Assembly (NCBI RefSeq): GCF_009914755.1
Contig: NC_060932.1
Source of the DNA: the human T2T-CHM13v2.0 reference genome, Homo sapiens
Direction: 5' to 3' (one strand)
Length of the DNA: 64,000 nt
Position 1 is the first letter of the stretch. Every line of letters starts with the position of its first letter. Positions 59,463-64,000 of the stretch are shown here, one piece after another. The notes under the pieces are model-generated. The model saw nothing but the letters and a program-made list of their open reading frames with translations. It was not told the origin of the DNA and did no database searches. The position numbers and the translations under genes are program-made.

Positions 59463-59789
59463 CTCCCCAAATCCCAGCCCTGATCCATACAGTAAGATTC
59501 ATAGACAAAGGGTTTCCTTCCTTCTATTACAATAATGCCAATTGTCCCAATATAATGAAAACTCATCGCTAATATGCTCCAAACCTTTGGCTCCCAACAG
59601 TTCAGTTCTGTGTTTACCCAGTGTCCTCTAAAGAAATTCCCAAAGTTACATCTGCATGATATATGTATTGCAATGATTTTATAAATTCATGAAATAATAT
59701 GTAAGCCAGCGAAATATGAGTGCAAAATAATCTAAAAAGGAAATGATATTGGAATCGAAGCTCCACAAAAAGAGATACTTTTACTTTTT

Positions 59790-59870
59790 AATTTACTATT
59801 GTACCCTCATATCTTGAATAGTGCCTGGCATATAGTAGACACTTAGTAAATGTGCATTGATTAATTGATT
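59790..59870 (+). mobile_element. L2 3' end
   Basis: AGTGCCTGGCATATAGTAGACACTTAGTAAATG. Confidence 0.75.
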
Positions 59871-60354
59871 TTGTGGTTTCTATGAAAATTGACTCAGATG
59901 TCTTGAATGACTCTATAATTTTTAAAAGTCAAATTATGTGCTAGGAAAGCAAAAGTAAAAGATAAGGAAAGAATTGATAAGAATCAAGGAATCAGCGTTC
60001 CTAATCCTTTAGGTTCCCTCTCCACTTTAAAGAAACAGAAACTAGAAAACATAAAGATGCTCTGTGGCTGTGGTACACATACAGAAATTAAAAACTTACT
60101 CTAATTGACTAAAAACTCGAAGAAAATGCTACACAAAGTCTTTTTTTTGTCTTTTTTTTTTCTTCTTATTGACATTTTATGACCTTCGTTCGAAAATGCT
60201 TACCAGATACTGCCTGGATTTCTACAAGCCTTTAAATTCACTCCCAAGAGCAATTTGACGCTAACTACATTTTACCTTTCTGATGCATCACCACCATCTA
60301 GTGTCTGGAGGTGGTAACTGCAGACTTTAATTGACAAACTGGGTTTTAACTTCA

Positions 60355-60661
60355 GAAGACAGGAAGTGAGAAAAATGGAGGGAGGGAGAGGGAAAGAGAA
60401 GAGAGAAGGAAAGAGAAGAGAGTGAGAGAAGGAAGAGGAGAAAGAGAAAGAGGAAAAGAGACAGAATGAAAAGAGAAAGAAGGAAAGAATGAAAGAAAGA
60501 AAGAGAAAGGAAAGGAAAGAAAGAAAAGAAAAAGAAAGAAAGAAGAAAAGGAAAATGAAAAAGACAAGACAGAGAAAAAGACAAAGAGAGAAAGAAAAGA
60601 CAGAAAAAGAAAGAAAGAAAGAGGGAAAGAGAGAAAGAAAGAAAGAAGGAAAGAAAGAAAG

Positions 60662-60725
<64 letters not shown>

Positions 60726-60745
60726 AGGGAGGGAGGGAGGGAAGA
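60355..60745. repeat. Long polypurine tract with (GAAA)14
   Basis: Directly visible; pure GAAA at 60663-60718. Confidence 0.95.
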
Positions 60746-60757
60746 AACTCTCTCTAC

Positions 60758-61725
60758 CAAGAACAGCTTCATGGGCTGTGACCAACATAGTTGCAGAAGA
60801 CCCCACGCTCAGAAGGGCCTTGAACTTGGTTTAACACTCCAATGTTTCCATTTTAAAATTCTTAATCACTTTGTCTTTGAACTTTTGTTTCCAAGGTAAA
60901 GTCTGATGAGACAATGGACATTTACATGAGCAGATGAGCTTCATACAGTAGGTATCACTGCTGTTTCTTGCCTTCGCGTTTAAGTTTAGTGTTCGCAATG
61001 TCCCTGCAGCACAGAATTGCAGTGAGCTCACGATGCTTGAGAGTTGAGAAACACTTGATGTAGATGCGTACGAGGTGAATGTGTTACGTCTGTGACTAAG
61101 ACACTACACTTTGTGTTGGAATTAAAACTTACCCCAAATGGAGAAAACTTGTTTCTAAGAAACATAAATGACCAAGAAAGACTGTCACATCCATTCTTAC
61201 ACATGTTTTCCTTGTGTTAACCAATCACATGTGTTCAAAATAGTGACAAAGAAGAACATGGAAAGAGTCCCTTCTTATTTAGGTCCTTCCTGAAATTGAA
61301 GGTAGCAGAGAGTGTTGGTGGAATGCACATGTGTTAACAAGTGAAATAAAGAATAGAGATAACTTTGCACAGCGGTAAGAATGCTCTTGTAAGAATGAAA
61401 TGCGTATATATGTATGAGCTACAAAATATACATTGTATATTTCAGTGATCTTGCATATTAATACATGATCTTATTATGCCTCTAAAACTGGCATTGCATG
61501 ACATAAAGAACAGTAAAATTCATGTTAATAATTAAAATACTAATTTTTCTTTACATGGAGTGATATTAAATAGCAAATATCATTTTGACTACCTGAGAGA
61601 GATTCCGTAAAAGATAGAAACATGATTTCCATTTTAGAAACTTTAATAGCAATTTTCTCCTGCTTGAACAAGTGGTCTTGCATTTTCGTTTTGCACTGGG
61701 ACCCACAAATTATGTTCTTTAGACT
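60758..61725. mobile_element. MER45B/C-like hAT-Tip100 DNA transposon
   Basis: Ends GCTTCATGGGC...CCCACGCTCAGAAGGGCC and TTGAACAAG...TTTTGCACTGGGACCCACAAATTATGT; about 970 bp. Confidence 0.75.
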
Positions 61726-62506
61726 TGCACGTGGTGTTGCTAAGCTTCCCACCATCGAGATATTCCTTAGGGGGTGTCAGGCTATCAAACTGTCAGTTCT
61801 TCTTTGGTGAAAGCTGTAATAATCTGTTCCCTTAATTAAAGAGTTCCTTTCTTCTCCAAATAGGATGGAAAATACATGTAATACTAACTGAAATGGATAT
61901 TTTTGTTAATTTATACCAGTGAATCTTTGCTTCCACTATAAAGGCACATTAAGAAGAAAACAGAGCCAACTCCTGAATTCCACCATTGGAAAAAAAAAAT
62001 AGTCTGTAGTAACATTTAAAAAATGATGAAGACAAAATTTTCTTTTAGCAAAATAGTATTTCCTATCACTAGTGACGACATTAAGTCATTCCCAGTGCCT
62101 GAGCTACCATTTGGTAAAATTAGTAAAGTTTTAAAGAGGTGTTGATATAGGCCACCAGAAGACCATAGAAGGGCTTTCCTATTATTCAAATTGGAAACCA
62201 AGGCTCTGAGAATCTGAGGGTCATTTAGTGATTACCTACTTCTGAGCATACTGCACCACTTCCTCCATTTGAGGGACCTGTACTTTGACCAGGAGTACAA
62301 CACAGACACCTTCCCAGTGGCACAACAGATCACTAAGTGTGGCTGTTGTGCAAATGAGAAAAATGGAGAACATCATCTATGCGTTTAGTCACCATATGCA
62401 TGGTATAATGCACGAATTATTTGACAAAATAGAATAAATTTAAGTATAACAAGAAATGAGACCAAATTTCCAAGTCGCCTTTTATGAAACAAAAATTGCA
62501 TCTTTA

Positions 62507-62508
<2 letters not shown>

Positions 62509-62563
<55 letters not shown>
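62509..62563. repeat. (AT)22 followed by (CA)n
   Basis: Directly visible. Confidence 0.95.
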
Positions 62564-63079
62564 ATTGCAAAACATACATTTTATATATATATATGTATTG
62601 CAAAAAAATTTTCTCAAACCCACTTTTGTGTTTGGACTCAATATAAAATGACTGCTGCAGAAATGATTATAATTAGAAGAAATAATGTAGTGATTATAAT
62701 AAGGTTCAAAGAGGCCTTTCTCACATCTTTGTGTACTGACGAGAGCAGGAGGTGTATGAGCAGAGAGAAACCTGCTTTCCCCTCTAGACACAGTCACTAG
62801 TCACTATAGCTGGGGACAGCAACAGCTCATCTTACAGAGAAGCCACTAGAGGAAATTCAAAATGAATACATGTTCTGCTTTTGAGAAGCAGCTCGTTCAG
62901 CTGCTTACAGAGAAGATATGCTTCAGAGTTGACTTATGACTTGTGGCCTTCCAAGTTGAAGGGAAATAGGAAGGAAATCAATCAATTTTTGAAATCATAT
63001 TGATTACTGGGATGATTGAGAAGCTACAAGGTGAGTTCATCGCTCGGTTATGTATCTCACATATTTAAAACATCAGAAA

Positions 63080-63170
63080 CACTGACTTGCCTTAGGTCAC
63101 ACAGCCAGGAATGGGCAGTGCAGGGCTTCCAGCCTGGCCTTATACCAAAGTCTTAATCCTTTCACTGCTA
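63080..63170 (-). mobile_element. MIR fragment
   Basis: TGACTTGCCTTAGGTCACACAGC...TGGGCAGTGCAGGG. Confidence 0.65.
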
Positions 63171-63284
63171 CATGCAGCTGTCCGTACTGATAGCCTTGCA
63201 GCTCTGCCCTGAGGATATGAGCCTCATCTGCAAGCGTTTATGTAACTAGCTAAGAAATACAGAGTTTTCTTTTTATTAAGATGA

Positions 63285-63463
<179 letters not shown>

Positions 63464-64000
63464 TAAATAGTGAGGTTTCTAGCGCTTTAATTTCAAATAA
63501 GTGCCTGAGTCACCTAAAAAGAAGATAAAATGAACACTGACAGTCCTATCAGGCTCTAACACTTTCACTGCTTTAAGGATCGAGGTCAGGGAAATCAACT
63601 GCTTTTAAAAAATATTTTGTTCTGTTTTCTGTTGAGTAAATTCTAAGAACAGATATTATTATTTTCTTGGACTTTAAACTGCTGCTGCTGATAAAAGCAG
63701 AGGGAGCTGCTTCAGAATGGAGTTACTGCCTATCTCAGTGACATGGCTAAGTAGATGAAATTATCCACATGATGTGAAGACTGGGTTGTAAATGCTGGAA
63801 ATACACTAATATACTCAGGGGGGCAATTAGTACCTTTCATGGGGAGGGCTGTGATCTCTCTTTAGATGAAAATTTAATGTGTCTTGCATGGAAGAAATGA
63901 CCAGAACTTTGTTCGGTACAAAATAATTCCAAAGACATTCAAGAAATTACTAACTATTCATAGAGAGCCTCTGACAAGTTTAAAACAGAACGCGACCTTC

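Noticed and set aside
60272-60806. Several 70-166 aa ORFs rich in F/L/S or K/E/R
   Set aside because: Translations of the GAAA/polypurine tract; the same applies to 42261-42583 and 46685-47252.

Overview
AT-rich, repeat-dense primate genomic DNA (hominoid, most likely human), intronic or intergenic. I find no recognisable host protein-coding gene, RNA gene or CRISPR array. Nearly all ORFs in the track are transposon remnants or low-complexity artefacts. Main elements: a full-length, TSD-flanked L1PA3/PA2-type LINE-1 (3155-9206, +) with dead ORF1/ORF2 but a retained 5'UTR and an open antisense ORF0; a ~7.3 kb old L1MA (+) and a ~5 kb L1M/L1ME (+); two twin-primed, 5'-inverted L1s; a full-length HSMAR2 mariner with a nested L1 fragment; several hAT/Tigger DNA transposons; MaLR/ERVL solo LTRs; 11 Alus; and microsatellites, including an Alu-tail (GAA)25. 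The best leads are an ancient CR1/L3 reverse-transcriptase remnant bracketed by minus-strand splice sites, several template-switch or inversion scars inside transposons, and an apparent pyrimidine-to-purine transversion excess in the young L1. Subfamily names come from my recall of consensus sequences, not a database search. The sequence alone does not support a claim of a new biological system.
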